Origin: Rhizodiscina lignyota
Taxonomy: Eukaryota
Length of the DNA stretch: 64,000 nt
Reading direction: 5' to 3'
Assembly: GCA_010015805.1 (NCBI GenBank)
Contig: ML978146.1
Coordinates: 1 to 64,000, forward strand
Part shown: positions 34,571 through 47,218 of the stretch, one piece after another
Layout of the letters: every line of letters begins with the position of its first letter
How positions within the stretch are numbered: position 1 is the stretch's first letter
The notes under the pieces: generated by a model
Told to the model about the DNA's origin: nothing
The model's database searches: none
Seen by the model: only the letters and a program-made list of their open reading frames with translations
Made by a program: the position numbers and the translations under genes

Positions 34571-35705
34571 TTAGCCCGTAAGAACGATGTCTGGCCTTTG
34601 GTCCGTAAGAATCTCCTCATCACCAGAGTACAGCTCGCCCTCGTCTGAATACTGCTCTTCCTCGTCTGAGTATGGCTCCCCATCAGAGAGTTCATCCTCA
34701 CAATTTTCTGAAATCTCATCTTCAAAATCCGAAGTCTCATCCTCATCATCTGTGGTGTCCGAGTCGTCACCATCTGCGACCTCGCCTGCCTGAGAGCGCA
34801 AATCATCCACCATACCCTGCAATATGTCTGACCGTACGCATGGAAGCTCGGATTCCTCAAGCTTTGAGTCACGCAAGATCTGTCGGGCGAACGTAACATG
34901 ATCGGGGAAACGCAATTCGACGTTGGATGAGATGCTGGCAACGACATGTTTTAGAACCTTCATCAATGATCGGTTTTTGGCCCACCCCTCGTGCTTGGCC
35001 TGCAGAAGATCGGCATACTCTAGGTCTCGGTGTGCGTATGCGTGGAGGTAGTCCACGACCAGGACATCCAAGCGCCGGAGGGCCGAAATGGCAGACAGTC
35101 GCTTCCAGTTTGCGCAGATGAATTTCTCGCTGTGTCCGAATGTGCCTGGATACAGGGAAAGATCGATAGTAATTGACAAGTGGCGGATAAGATGTAGGGG
35201 AAAGTCGGACGGGAATTTCGAGCCAAATAGTTTGGGCTCCTCACTTCCGTAACCCATAGATTCGAACCGGAGCGCAAACTCGTTCTCCCATAGTAACGGC
35301 GATACCTCAGTATGGATTTGTTTGTTCGTTCGAAGGAGGGCAAGCGCAAGGTGTGTTGACATTGGTTCCGGGTTCTCTTTGTCAACGAGTTGTTCGAAGG
35401 AGCTGTCCACGGAGCTCATGCGTACACGGAGGCGGAAGAATTCTTGTCCCTTCGCAATGTAGAACAATTTCTTGTCATGAGCGAGGACATGGAATACATC
35501 ATCCGTCGGCACAAGACAATACTCGTAGATGATGTTGCGAACCTCGGCGGGAAGACCCAGAAGCGTCGGAGTTGGTGGCTGTCCTGGCGGACTGTTGCTG
35601 TTTTAATGTGCTTCAGTATATTGTAAGTTCGTCTGGGGATGATTAAGTTTACCTGGTGGAGGTGTCATCTGCAGCATGGAGCCGCTGCCTCTTTGCACTT
35701 GCCAT
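34571..35705 (-). CDS. F-box-like (LLGLPAEVRNIIY) fungal protein with an acidic tail; one short intron near 35603-35652
   Basis: Spliced N-terminus MASAKRQRL...PTLLGLPAEVRNIIYEYCLV; ALLRTNKQIHTEVSPLLWENEF. Confidence 0.75.
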
Positions 35706-35768
35706 GATGGAATGACTTTCTGTTAGAGCACTAAGAGGGAGAGGTGTTTTTAGAGAGGGTGTTGATTG

Positions 35769-35771
35769 TGA

Positions 35772-35818
<47 letters not shown>
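35769..35818 (+). repeat. (GA)n microsatellite
   Basis: Direct observation. Confidence 0.95.
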
Positions 35819-35821
<3 letters not shown>

Positions 35822-37209
35822 TTTATATACACTGCGTGTCACACGTGATGGCCCAACACCTCCTAACACACGACCTCGATTTGCCGTGCTTTGCCGTTCA
35901 AACAGGCAATCGACATCAACAACCGTTATTATAGTAGAATGAGTCTCGGGGATAAAGGATGGTAACGAAAAGCATACGTCTCTTCTTCCGAAACAGGGCA
36001 CATGCGACCCATTGAGCACAAGCAACTGATATGCATTTTCAGAGCGATTTCACGGCTTCAACAAAGAGGAAGGAGAGTCACCAGAGGGAGTCATCATCTC
36101 GTGGGAGCAGGCAAAGATGCTCTTAGAACCATCCATATATGGCGCTTCACGTATAGGAGTGAAGTAGAGGCGCTCGGTTGAGATAGTTCGGTTGAGATGG
36201 TTCGGTAGATGGCCTGCCACAATTCGGAAATCTTCCTCCAAGGACTCCCTGGCAGGCAAGCCTGGAATCTTCGCCTGGTTTGTTCTCGACCTTAGGCACA
36301 CCTTTGCTCAGTTGCATATTGCCACAGGCATTGGCAGTTGCCTTGATTTACTTCAGCGTATGCAAACTTTAAAAGCTCCATCATGACAAAAAGCTCCATG
36401 ATCGGCCGCTTCTGGATCTCCGATGGTCAATGTGGCACAGCTGCCTGAGGGATGACCTGAAAGGATTTCGTTCGAGCCTTTTCAATAAGAGGGGTTTAGT
36501 ACCAGGGCTTTCTTGAACCTTTGCAACTTCAATAGGTTCGTTGTTCGACCTGCTCATTCAACCAGAGAAGATGCTGACCGGCTTCATTGATGTAAGCATG
36601 CGTCACTGGGGCAAACTGGAAGGCAAGATGGTGTTTCCTAGCTTCCAGTCTTTCCTTTGCCATGTCGTATATGAGAGCCAGCTTGTGGATGATCCTAGTC
36701 CATTGAAGGATATGGAATAGACGTGGACTCAGTTTTGAAGTATTTTGTTCCCCGTGAGCAACCGTTCTGTCTCTAGAGAATACAGATACTAGTTCTTTTT
36801 GGATTTCGGGAATCCGAACCTCTTCTTCCAAGTGCATATTTCCAATCGGAGGAGTTCAGCTTCCAGGAATCGATTTTCCGTCCAAAGCAAACGTGCACCC
36901 CAGGAACAATACAATGAGTGCACGGGGAGTAACTAATAATATACATTATGTTCTGCGCCTCAGCGCTGATTTCCCGTGAAGGAGAGCCGTAGCCGTGTGA
37001 TGTATCTATGCCAAACTAGCGAAAACCGAAGAGTCATCGTATCGTACAGAGGGTATCTTAACCAAAAACCGCTGTTTTCCATTGAACCAAAAGAAACTCG
37101 ACTGCCTGTAAGGCCGGACCCTGGTTGGAATTGTTCTCTTTTCTGGTATACAATGGTCATGCCTGCTGGGTGCCCAACATATGTGAATGTATACCGTTCC
37201 CGTCTACTT

Positions 37210-38653
37210 TCATGAACGACCCCTAAAAATCGAAATGATGCTCTTCCTCTTGCCGACTTTCTTGCTCTTCAACTCTTCATCGACAGGGATCGGCGGAGGT
37301 GGAGGGATCTGCGGCATGTCCTTGGGCAGCATGGGCAGTTGCTTATGCCTGCTGCTCGGACGGCCGTCCGGAGAAGCGGCGTCGCGCGTACTCATCTTCG
37401 AATCAACGGGTGAGTTTTCAGTAGCATTGTTGTTGTTGCTGACGACCTGGCCATTGCCATTGATCACGAGACCGTCACCGGTGTCGAAGGGTTCGAGGTC
37501 GGAACCTTTGTGCTGTCTCGATGTGATAGGAGCTGGCGGGACTGGAGTGGACGGTGCGTCCATTTGCGCAGAGGGATTGGATACGGCGAGAGTCTTGGTG
37601 GAAGCCTTGCGATTCAGCTCCTGCGACTTCTTGCGCCTCGTGAGCGATCCTCGCGAGCGTGATATCGCGCGTCGCATTTGGTGGATGCGCGAGAAGTCTT
37701 CGTTATCCTGCTTCTCTAGTTTCTGTATCTCGCCGAGGATCGTGAGGCCGTTAGTTGCAAGGTTCTCCTCTGCGATGGAGACGAAGCGCACAATGCCACG
37801 GTCGGCGGTTACGGAGAGACACTCGGACATGAATGATTGCAGCAGGGCGGCGTTGCGCTTGTTAATTGTTTCATCGAGCAGGGCGGGCAACGTGGTGATG
37901 GTGAGGATGTAGGCGGGTTGGAAGGAGCCTCCGAGACAGAGGCATGCGGTATGCTGGATTGTGACGGCAATGGAAGACTCGGGTCGTTGGAAGCGAATGG
38001 AGAGATGGTAGGAAAGATCTGTCGTGAGTGTGTACTCATCGTTGATCTGGATAATCAAAGCCATTAGCTTTGAGTGATGAGTGGATTTGTCGCAAATAAA
38101 TACGTACAATGACATTGGTGCGCAGTTCCGCTATGACGGGTGCGTCGCGTGTGACGCGCTCTCGCGGGCCGCTGATATGGTTTGGCTTGGATGCGTAGGA
38201 ATCCTCAAAGTGTCGAAGTCGTCGCGCTCTGAATTCCTCTTCAGTCTCGACATGAGGTTTAGGCTTAGGTTGAGGTTGGTAAGGTATAGCAGTTGGTATG
38301 ACTCTCGGTTGATTCCCCATCAGATTAGGCGTCGGAGTAGAGCGCGATCTGGTTCTTTCGTGGCCGCGAGATTCACTTCTCTGGCCACGCGATTCACTCC
38401 TGTCGCCAGCTTGGGGGTCGCTTTTTGCGTTTCCAGCCATATCTTGAGGTGTGGGCAAGGTCGGAAGAGGTTGCTCTTCGAAGGAGAAGACGGAAGGGTT
38501 TGGATTTCCGCTCATGCTGTCTTTGCTCGAAGGGATTGTCAACACTGTAGAATGATGTTTGTGAACGGCCTGAGCGACGACAATTGGGGAAGAGTCAAAG
38601 TCGGAGTCTAGAGAAGGTAAAGTATCAGTCGATATGGCAGTAGAGTGCGGCAT
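37210..38653 (-). CDS. Fungal MIF/tautomerase-domain protein; intron 38107-38047
   Basis: Spliced AELRTNVIINDE..LSIRFQRPESSIAV..LGGSFQPAYILTI..NKRNAALLQ..RGIVRF..EENLATNGLT. Confidence 0.85.
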
Positions 38654-41136
38654 CCTCGCGGAGGCTGTCAAGGTGGGTAAATATCCAATATCCTGGGCGA
38701 TGGGCAGCGTCGCTCGGTGTTGAGACACGCGATTCAACGTCAGGCCTTGTACGCACTGATCGCACTGGATGGGGAAGAGCGCGAGTCTCCTGGGCGGGTC
38801 GCACTCAATTAACCCTTTCTTCTCGAAGTGTTGGCGCGTTGTGGCGCAAAATGCCGGCGGTGTTTTCAAGCGTTGCTATGACGTGCCGCTAGTCCTATCT
38901 TTAGTGCTTCGGCGTAGGAGCTCTAGAAACAGGCCGACGTGAAACCAAGCGCGGAAAAAGAAACGGGCAGGATTCAAGAAGTGGCAGCGGAAGCAATTTA
39001 TTGAAACATGTGCAATGCCGATGTTTACCTATGCCATCTGTCCCTCAATCGCGGCCAGGGAGGACAAACAGAGGAGGGGCCTCCATGTGCAAGATGCAGC
39101 TTCTCGCGTGCATGCAGAACGGGGAGCCGGCAGGAGCTCGAGCCAGTGCCTGATTCCGCCGACGCGGCTCAAAGGAGCGCGAGCTTGTCAGGATTGCCAG
39201 AGATCGTCACTTGCGGCGGCCTCGAAGGAGTTAGGCGTGGTGTTGAGCGGACGGCCGACGTTCAGGGCAAGCTTGGTGTGGCGCGCCATCGGAGAATTTG
39301 GGCCGGGAGCCAAGACCGACCACCCCCCTTTTCTTCCACCACGCGAGCCGCCGTCCATGCCTGAATTGCGAAATCCTTACTCCATATTCACGCTTAGATC
39401 TAATTTCCTTCCTGCTGGATACAAAGGGCCTTGGTCTGCGCGATCTTGGACGCATGCAAACCTGCTTCCACCCGCTCCTTTCGAGCGTCATCACGGCAGT
39501 GCAGCGCCGCCTCACGAACTCGCGCATATCGACCCCTGTATCCCGACAAGCAAAGATCCCATGCTGACGACAGGTCTTATTTCCAGACCATCCCTCTGTC
39601 ACACCAAGGGACAAGCGATCACATTTGTTTTAGCACCGTTCTCCCTTTACGCAGTGTCCTCGTGCCGGCCCGCCGAGCCCAGGTTGCCCATGTTGCGCAG
39701 TCCCCCGTTGACCGCATATGTATATCGGTTTTCATCTCCACTATGTTGCACATTGTTGGATCTTTTGTCATCTGCAGCCTCACATTGTTCGGACAACTTC
39801 GCATGGAGTCTTCCCTTTCACTTCAATGTCTGCTACGAGTAAGCCGTGTCGAGAAGCCTTGATCGGCAGCATTCAATCGAGGCTCATTTCAAGGCTGCAT
39901 GACTGCAGGATTCACAGAAGAAACATACTGCACGTGCTGTGGCTGCATCTCATCCGATTCTTTTGTGTTACACGCCCATTTAATTGCACACTATTCTAAT
40001 CTCAGATGAACAGAATTCTTGACTGAGGCGCCGATCGAGCGCCAGGCTGTTGAGGACACCGACGGCGGAAAGAATTCAGACGCTATCCGAATCTGGCGAC
40101 ATCTTTAATGAGACCAGAGACACAAAGGAGCCAGAGACTATCCACGCTCGCCACGGTGTCGATCAAGATCCTGCATATGCGGCTGTGTCGTTCTAGTGCT
40201 GCGTGACCAACGGTTCCAACGTTTTGTTCTCGTCTCCTACAACACTCAAGCCGACACTTCTCCTATACACTCATTATTTCGACGGTCAAATTCCTAGCAT
40301 TCGCACTTTGGCCCGTATCCCATTTCTTTGAATTCGAGGTCGGGATTTGTTAAGATACACTGTATCCTTCAAGCGGGATACGCAGCACTGCTGTTCTCTT
40401 ATAGATTTATGATCCTTCGCGCGAATGGCGTGCTTCGTCATCGACCTGTTGTTCCGTTCGACCAATGGTCTCAGTAGACGGGCCAACCACTTGTCCGAGA
40501 CCAAAAGCATGATTCGGCTATCTATCAGTTGCGGTCATGGCTAACTGGCTCAGGAGATGTTCTTGGAATTCCGGCTGCTAAAACCTGTGAGGATGCTGAC
40601 GGACACCAACAAGGCACCCACGTAGACTATCTTTGCCATGCACTTTTGCTTGCACTGGTTGAAATACCTGCGCTGATGCGTTGTTGATATCCTCGCCATC
40701 TTCTCAGGCTCCAGCAACTGGGGATCCAAGAACATCTCCCATGCCAGTTGGTCATGACCATTGCATCCTTGTCGGAAAACAGCACAATTACCCCAATCTG
40801 CATTTTGATGATTTACTCTTGGTTGGTCCTTTCCACGGCCTCCAACTCTGCCTGCTATGGTTTCTTTGTGCGCTCTCCAGCACTTCTTGCTCATGTCCTG
40901 TTTTCTTCTCTTGTCTTTCTGTCTCGTGATAACTGAACCCAGTTCCCAGTGAGGACGTCGATTCTGAGCGCCATGGATTGTGCTACATGGGATTTGCGCA
41001 GTCGTTCCAGTGAAGATTGTTAGAGGATGTTAGTCAGCGCTAGTACCTCATTATATGGCAGCCAGCGATCCATTACTACCTCCCACGTCACGAGTTTCGA
41101 TTTTGTGAGAAATAGCATCTCTAATCGCGTCTGAAA

Positions 41137-43928
41137 TCAGCTTTGGGTCATAGATGGACTCGCCTTCTCAAGAAGTGACTTCTCGAGATCTTTCTTATCC
41201 GCCTCGCACAACGGGCACCAATGCTTGGAGGCTTTCGCTGACTGAACACAATGCAAGCGGAGCATATATTTCCGCATCGGTCGCGAAATATACCGTCTCG
41301 AGTGCCACGGTCTCCATTTCTGGACTGGCAACACGGAAAGATTCGGCTCGTCCTGCGAAGGCTTGTTTGGTTCAGGAACATGTTTCGGGATCCAGCCACT
41401 TAGGGGTGTGTGTTCGTCGCTGACGATGAACTCGTGGCGAAGGAAGCGCGTCCAGCCACTGCCAGACCTTGCAAGACCGCCGTATCGTAATTTAAACTCA
41501 TCCATTTGTTGTTGTTTGGCGGCGCTTAACTGCGAAAGTTCAAAGTGGAATTGCAGTTTCGTGTAGTCGTAAGTTGGGCTGATGAGATCATTAAGCGCGC
41601 TTTCCTGGAGGCTTTTATTAACTCCATGCTCCCTCAACCAATGTCTGACTCTTTCGTGTTTAAACATGAATTGCTTGTTACACACGTCGCAGGAGAACTT
41701 TCGCTCCTTTCTGTGTACACGCAGATGATCGCGGAGCTGCCACGACTCAGTGAACTGCTCGGAACACAACGTGCAGTGCGCATCGAAAGGCCTCTTTCCC
41801 CATGCGACATGTTGCTCGTAATGCTTCTGACGCTCGTGCTGAAAGTTAAAAGACTTGCGGCAGGCGGTGCATGGGAACTCCCTCTGAGTCGTGTGTGTCC
41901 GCAAATGGGTCTTGAAGCTATCGACGTCCGTCCAGAACGTCCTCTTCTGTGGACAAAGATGGCAGAGAAATTCATTCGCGCCCTGCGTAGCTTCCTGAAG
42001 CTTATTCAGGGCAAAGGAACCCCGGATGCTGCTGAACTGGAGGGATCGGAGCTCAGACATGCTGAGATCGTTCTGTGGTCGCTTCATGCCCAGTGTTCTC
42101 TCCAGCGGAAGAGTGCGTTTTCCGATAGAACTACTCTTTCTGGGTGTTATCGGGCCAAGCGTCTTCATGACTTGGTGTGCGATTGCCTCGCCATTGTCAT
42201 TTTTGCGCATCCTATCTTCTGTCGCGGTACGTTGACTGCTGGTAGCTACCGAAGAATCGAATTTCACCTTAGGCAATGCCTGTGATATCGCATAGGGCTC
42301 CTGGAAGATGAATGGTTCTCCTACCATAAGCGTGGGTTCATTGTTTGGAAGCACTCCATTAGATACGGAGATGCTGGGTACTGGCCCAGACTCCGCCCAA
42401 GCTGGCCGCTTGGAATTCCCCTTGACGGGCCAGGCCGAAGTACTGCCCTTTCCAATTTTGCTAAAATTCGAGCTTCGGTGTTTAACGCGCTCTTTACGAG
42501 AAACAATCCTTATTCTCTTAAACCCACGAAGCGGAGCATGTGGGTCCATAAAGTCGGCGTCGCCGCCTTCATCATATCTCCCTCCATCGTCTCGTTTGCG
42601 TTTCTTCGCTGGACCCGGACCAAAAGTGATTCCTCTGAATCCTGCCTGTCCAAATACTGACTGATCGTTCCAATGCCGTGGGAGTAGCCTCGATGGTGCT
42701 TCGACATCCACGACTTCGGTGATTCTACGATAGAATATGCCGCAGTTTTGACTGTCCGATATTAGCAACAAGCAGTTCAATCACATTTGGAAGAGGTTCT
42801 CACCATCGTATCTCAAGGTCCGTAGCTCCATCTGAAGCGGTATGGCAGTTCGGACACGATGCGCCGCTCTCCTTCGCCGCAGCAGGTAAGTCGTCCCCAA
42901 ACACGAAACTCATGTCGATCCTTCCACCAGGAAGAAAGGCTCCTTCCCATGGCCGTTTACGTGAGACTTCGATGCCACTTGTGTGATCTTGAAGAGTATA
43001 CTCCTTGTCCATGACCTTGCGATGGCCTTGGATCCCTTTGAACCGGGCGTCAATAACAGCTTCGAACGCGTCCCAAGAGTTGATGAATTGCAGATGAACT
43101 GGTGCGATTCGGCCTATTGCATCTTCCAGAATGAAAGGTTCCTGTATAAGAGACCGCTCGAGTCTGCTGGGTAGAGAGTTCTGAAGAGTGACGACTGCTC
43201 GGTAGGTCGCGAAGTTAACGAATAAGCTCTTCTGGATTAGAGTTTTGATTATTGTTCCGAATTGATTGAACCAGCCGAATCGATTTACGAGGTTGTTCAA
43301 AGTTTCAGAGACGGAAGCACTGAATTGGTTGAATTGTTCGCTCTGCCGCTGTAGTTGCTGCAAAGTAGACTGCTGCTCCGTCGACGCCTGTTCCGATACT
43401 TGCTCGAACGAATCCAAAAGATTAGATGAGACAGTCCTGAGATGTCGCGTCAGTTCCGGATTTGGTTACTCATTTTCCGCCGAGGACTTACAGATTTGCA
43501 GTCGCTAACAGCATTCCGATTGCGTTACAATGTCCAGTGACTTCGGCGCGGAACTTCGATATTGATTCTTTCTCTGAAATCTGCCATCGCACCTTCATCA
43601 CAGCACCTTTGACGAGATTGCTAGATGAGTCCTTCTTGAGAGCCGCCTCATATTTCTTCACCCGATTGGAGAACGTCTCGATTGATTTCTGGCAGGCTGC
43701 CACGACACGGGATGACTCCTCGCCGATTGCCGCAAGTTTTTGATCATCTTTATGGGCCCTAAAGAATGCTTCCGTCTCCAGGAGCGATCTCTCCAGAGAT
43801 CGGAGCTCAATGATTAGATTCTGAAATTCGGCGGAGGAGCCGCGGCTCGCGTCCAAGGTGTCCACCAGCTGCTTTGCCAGGAGACACACAGAGATGATGT
43901 CCCCTACGGATCCAAATGCCACGGACAT
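41137..43928 (-). CDS. Protein with a fungal STAND-type N-terminal helical domain, a ubiquitin-like domain, a Cys4 ribbon and about four C2H2 zinc fingers; two introns (~43491-43437, ~42804-42753)
   Basis: MSVAFGSVGDIISVCLLA..SRGSSAEFQ; PFILEDAIGR..SWDAF..FLPGGRIDMSFVF; CPNC..CQNC; CHLC..H..H, CTAC..H..H, CTLC..H..H, CDVC..H..H. Confidence 0.8.
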
Positions 43929-45125
43929 GGCGACGCGACATCTGAACACTCAAAGGTAGTAAGTTACAGGATGAGTGCGACATGCCACATCGTCTTCAAG
44001 GCTGTCCTTCCCCCGACATGCCAATGAGGCTGAGCGGCCTCCCTGCCTCACGACGCCGCGGCGTGGGCGGTGCATTTCGCAGGAGGCATTATAGTGTCGA
44101 GATCAATGAGTGAGTTTCGCATCTCATGCGCCGCGGTCAGGGTTGGAAAGCTCACAAGCCGGCGTCACGGCTCGACATTATAACTGCACCACCTGTCCCT
44201 CTTGACTCGCGGCATGCGCTTTGTCCATTATTGGACGGCCGGATCGATAGCAACAGCCTCGTGAGGCCCATTTCCTCACCGGTCGAGCAGCTTCATCAAC
44301 ACGAGGCTCAAAGATTTCTCTACCATCCGCGAATGTTACTAGACCGCTTTAGAGTATCGGCCAGGTGCTTCTGTCACCCCGAGAAATGGCCTTGTGCGCG
44401 ACATGCAAGAGTGTAGACTTTCGTAGCCTCCTTCTTGGCTGCCTTCAGCAATGTCGAAACAGACAAGAAGCTAAGCGGCATCGGTTCCTCCACTGAGTCT
44501 GACCACCAATCCAGAGTTAAACGCCAAGACGACATCTTCGAGATCGAAAAGTCGAGCAGAGGCTGCAGTCTGTGCAAAGTCATATTTCAAGCGTTTGAGA
44601 AGAGACAGGTCGCTGGACTTCGTCTTGCTTACAAAGGCAAAGCGCAGCGTAGCGTAAGCCAATGACGACGACCTGTTCAGTCCCTAGCCACGTTTATGCC
44701 GAGAGTGACAACCGATACCATAACCCTGGTATGTCTGAGGTAAACAATAGAGGCAGAATGGCAGTCGGTACCCCTTCCCATACGGTTTACGATACTCTTC
44801 GGGAGCCGTCAGTGCCCGAGCCGAAGCTGAACCAACGCGGAACAACGCCGCCCTGACAAAGGGCTGACTACTGACAAATGCTCCCTCTACTACAGATGAT
44901 ATCAAACAGCAAATACACAATGTCTATAAGCGATTCTTGCCTCAATTTCGTCGCCCATAAAGACGCGATGCGATGCTCCTTCAACGACTGTGGATAACCA
45001 TCGCCTCTTCGTCCCTCGCCCGCGCAGTACAACGACCATTCCAGCAGATCACGACCTGTGGACTTCAGCAACAACCGTTCCAATACAGCTCGACCTTCTC
45101 CCCAGGCTATTCAACATCCGCAAAC

Positions 45126-46031
45126 ATGACGCGCGGCGCAGTCATCGCGCTCTCCCACGGCGGCGGGCCAATGCCTGTCTTAGGAGACCCATCACACAAG
45201 GAAATCGTCCGCAGCCTGAAGGAGCGCGTACCCAAGGTGCTTCGACTGGACTCACCTGAAGCGCCGCGTGCGATTGTAGTGGTTACGGCACACTGGAGTG
45301 CGCGGGCTCCGACGATCTCCAACGCGGCGAAGCATGAGCTCTTCTACGACTACGGCGGTTTCCCGCCAGAGACGTACCGCCTGAAGTACGACGCTCCCGG
45401 CAACCCGCAAGTCGCGCAGGAGCTGTTCGATGCGTTGAAGGAGCAGGGCCTTTCGCCGGAGACGGATGATGACCGAGGCTGGGACCATGGCGTTTTCATT
45501 CCTCTGCTGCTTATTCGCCCCGAGGCCGACATTCCCATCGTACAGCTGAGCGTGCTGAAGAGCGAGGACCCGGAGCAGCATTTTAAGATGGGGATGGCGC
45601 TGCAGAAGCTTAGAGAGTCTAATGTTGCGATTATCGGGTCGGGTTTCGCGTCTTTCCACAACTTGAGGCTCATGTTCAGCGGGATTTCGCATGATCCGGA
45701 GTTCAGGAAGAGGAATGCCGCTTGGAATGATGCTATTAATGGGGCGGTTAGTGAAAAGAAGCTGGGAGAGAGGCTGGGCAAGTTGAAGGGGTGGAGGGAA
45801 TTTCCCGGAGGTTATGAGATGCATCCGAGAGGTGAGTTGACTCTTTTACTGCAGGACGATAGCCTTTCGTATACTGGGCTTTGGGAACATGGAGGAAAGC
45901 TGACTCTGACAGGTGGCGGCGAGCATCTGATGCCGCTTCTCGTTTGCGCTGGAGCAGGAGGTGACGCGAAGCCGAAGCAATACACCGATGAATTTCTGGG
46001 CCTGGACATGTATTCTTTCTACTGGAACTGA
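45126..46031 (+). CDS. Class III extradiol dioxygenase, LigB / DOPA 4,5-dioxygenase family; intron 45832-45912
   Basis: LSHGGGP, TAHW, YDYGGFPPETY, RGWDHGVFIPL, GSGFASFHNL, HPRGGGEHLMPL. Confidence 0.93.
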   Translation: MTRGAVIALSHGGGPMPVLGDPSHKEIVRSLKERVPKVLRLDSPEAPRAIVVVTAHWSARAPTISNAAKHELFYDYGGFPPETYRLKYDAPGNPQVAQELFDALKEQGLSPETDDDRGWDHGVFIPLLLIRPEADIPIVQLSVLKSEDPEQHFKMGMALQKLRESNVAIIGSGFASFHNLRLMFSGISHDPEFRKRNAAWNDAINGAVSEKKLGERLGKLKGWREFPGGYEMHPRGELTLLLQDDSLSYTGLWEHGGKLTLTGGGEHLMPLLVCAGAGGDAKPKQYTDEFLGLDMYSFYWN

Positions 46032-46639
46032 GCCCGATCTCAGTCTCTGTGTACTTCATATCCGCATTCTTTGAATGGATGGCGTAGTTTTCGGATACCA
46101 ATCATGTATCATATCAAAGAGCCGAAGTTCTAGTTCTCATATGTGAACGCCTGTTCCGTGCCGCCTTGAAGGGTCCTTGTGTTTGAAGAAGCCGTCAATA
46201 TTGGTGCCGTAGAAGCGAGCTAAAGAGATATACTGATACAACGTAAGTGACTGCATCAGAACGCTCGAAGTTGGGAGAAACCCCTCTCTGGGGGTTATCA
46301 ATCGGTGATCAATTCACGTGGGCTGCTCGAATGACACTTTGAGAAGCAACATTTAAGTCGAGATTGTTTTGGTTGTTCAAGTGAACGTGTTCACTTTGTT
46401 CCCAGTTCTGCAGATTGCCCCCGTTTCACTCGTTCCGGACGCCCATAGCGCCGTGATATCTGAGTGAAAGAAAAAGAAAGCCGAAAGTCCATCATCCGCA
46501 ATCCCATCATGTCGTCTGGCCTCGCCAGCAAAACCTCATAATCATCAAGTGAAGACGCGCCTTAAGGCAAGATGGTACCATCCTCATACTCCACTGGAGC
46601 TGCGGAATGTAGTAAGTGTTGGAGGCATAGAGTGGCTGA

Positions 46640-47218
46640 TCAGGCTGAGACATTACCCTCGGTGCCGCTGTCCTCGCGCTCCTCGACTTCCTCCTTGACC
46701 TCCTCCTTCTTGACTGCAGGCTTTCTGCCACGCTTCTTGGGGGACTCCTTCTTTGGAGAGTCGTCGGCGTCCATGGCCTTGCGCTTCTTGCTAGCTGGAG
46801 CCTTAGGAGTCGGAGTCATGGCCGGAGTGCTGAGGTTTTCGTCGTCGTCGTCATCCTCGACGGACGTCACAATACCAGGAGTGCCCTTCTTCGAAGTGCC
46901 GCTCTTCGGAGTGCCGCGGCGGCGCTTGCCAGCCTCCTTGAGCGCAGAGCTGGGAGTGGCGGGCGTGGAGTTGCCGAAGAGCCTCTTGCGGATGGGGGCC
47001 CAGGCGTTGGACGCGGAGCCCGGGTTCGTCATGCCAAGCATGGGCGCCATCCTCTTGAAGTCGATCTGTCTAGACGTCAGGATTTCCAAGTTTAAGAGGA
47101 CTGCATATGGCAGCTTGTGAGTAGGAAATACCCGTGGAGGGCCGCCCTCGACGGACTGCATGGCGGCTGCCATGACCTTCACCTCACGCTCGCTGAACTT
47201 CATTTCCTCACCGGACAT
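46640..47218 (-). CDS. Small fungal Myb-like-domain protein with a basic/acidic tail and an AT-hook-like KKRGRKP; intron ~47131-47066
   Basis: FSEREVKVMAAAMQS..PPR/IDFKRMA..GMTNPGSASNAW..IRKRL. Confidence 0.7.
   Translation of the reverse strand: MSGEEMKFSEREVKVMAAAMQSVEGGPPRVFPTHKLPYAVLLNLEILTSRQIDFKRMAPMLGMTNPGSASNAWAPIRKRLFGNSTPATPSSALKEAGKRRRGTPKSGTSKKGTPGIVTSVEDDDDDENLSTPAMTPTPKAPASKKRKAMDADDSPKKESPKKRGRKPAVKKEEVKEEVEEREDSGTEGNVSA

Noticed and set aside
36050..36840. Minus-strand ORF fragments
   Set aside because: Multiple stops and no recognisable motif.
39015..40936. 275-aa ORF and neighbouring short ORFs
   Set aside because: No domain signal; reads like non-coding promoter or intergenic sequence.
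44435..44665. CSLCKVIF fragment resembling the N-terminus of HET-domain proteins
   Set aside because: Too short, with no downstream HET domain.
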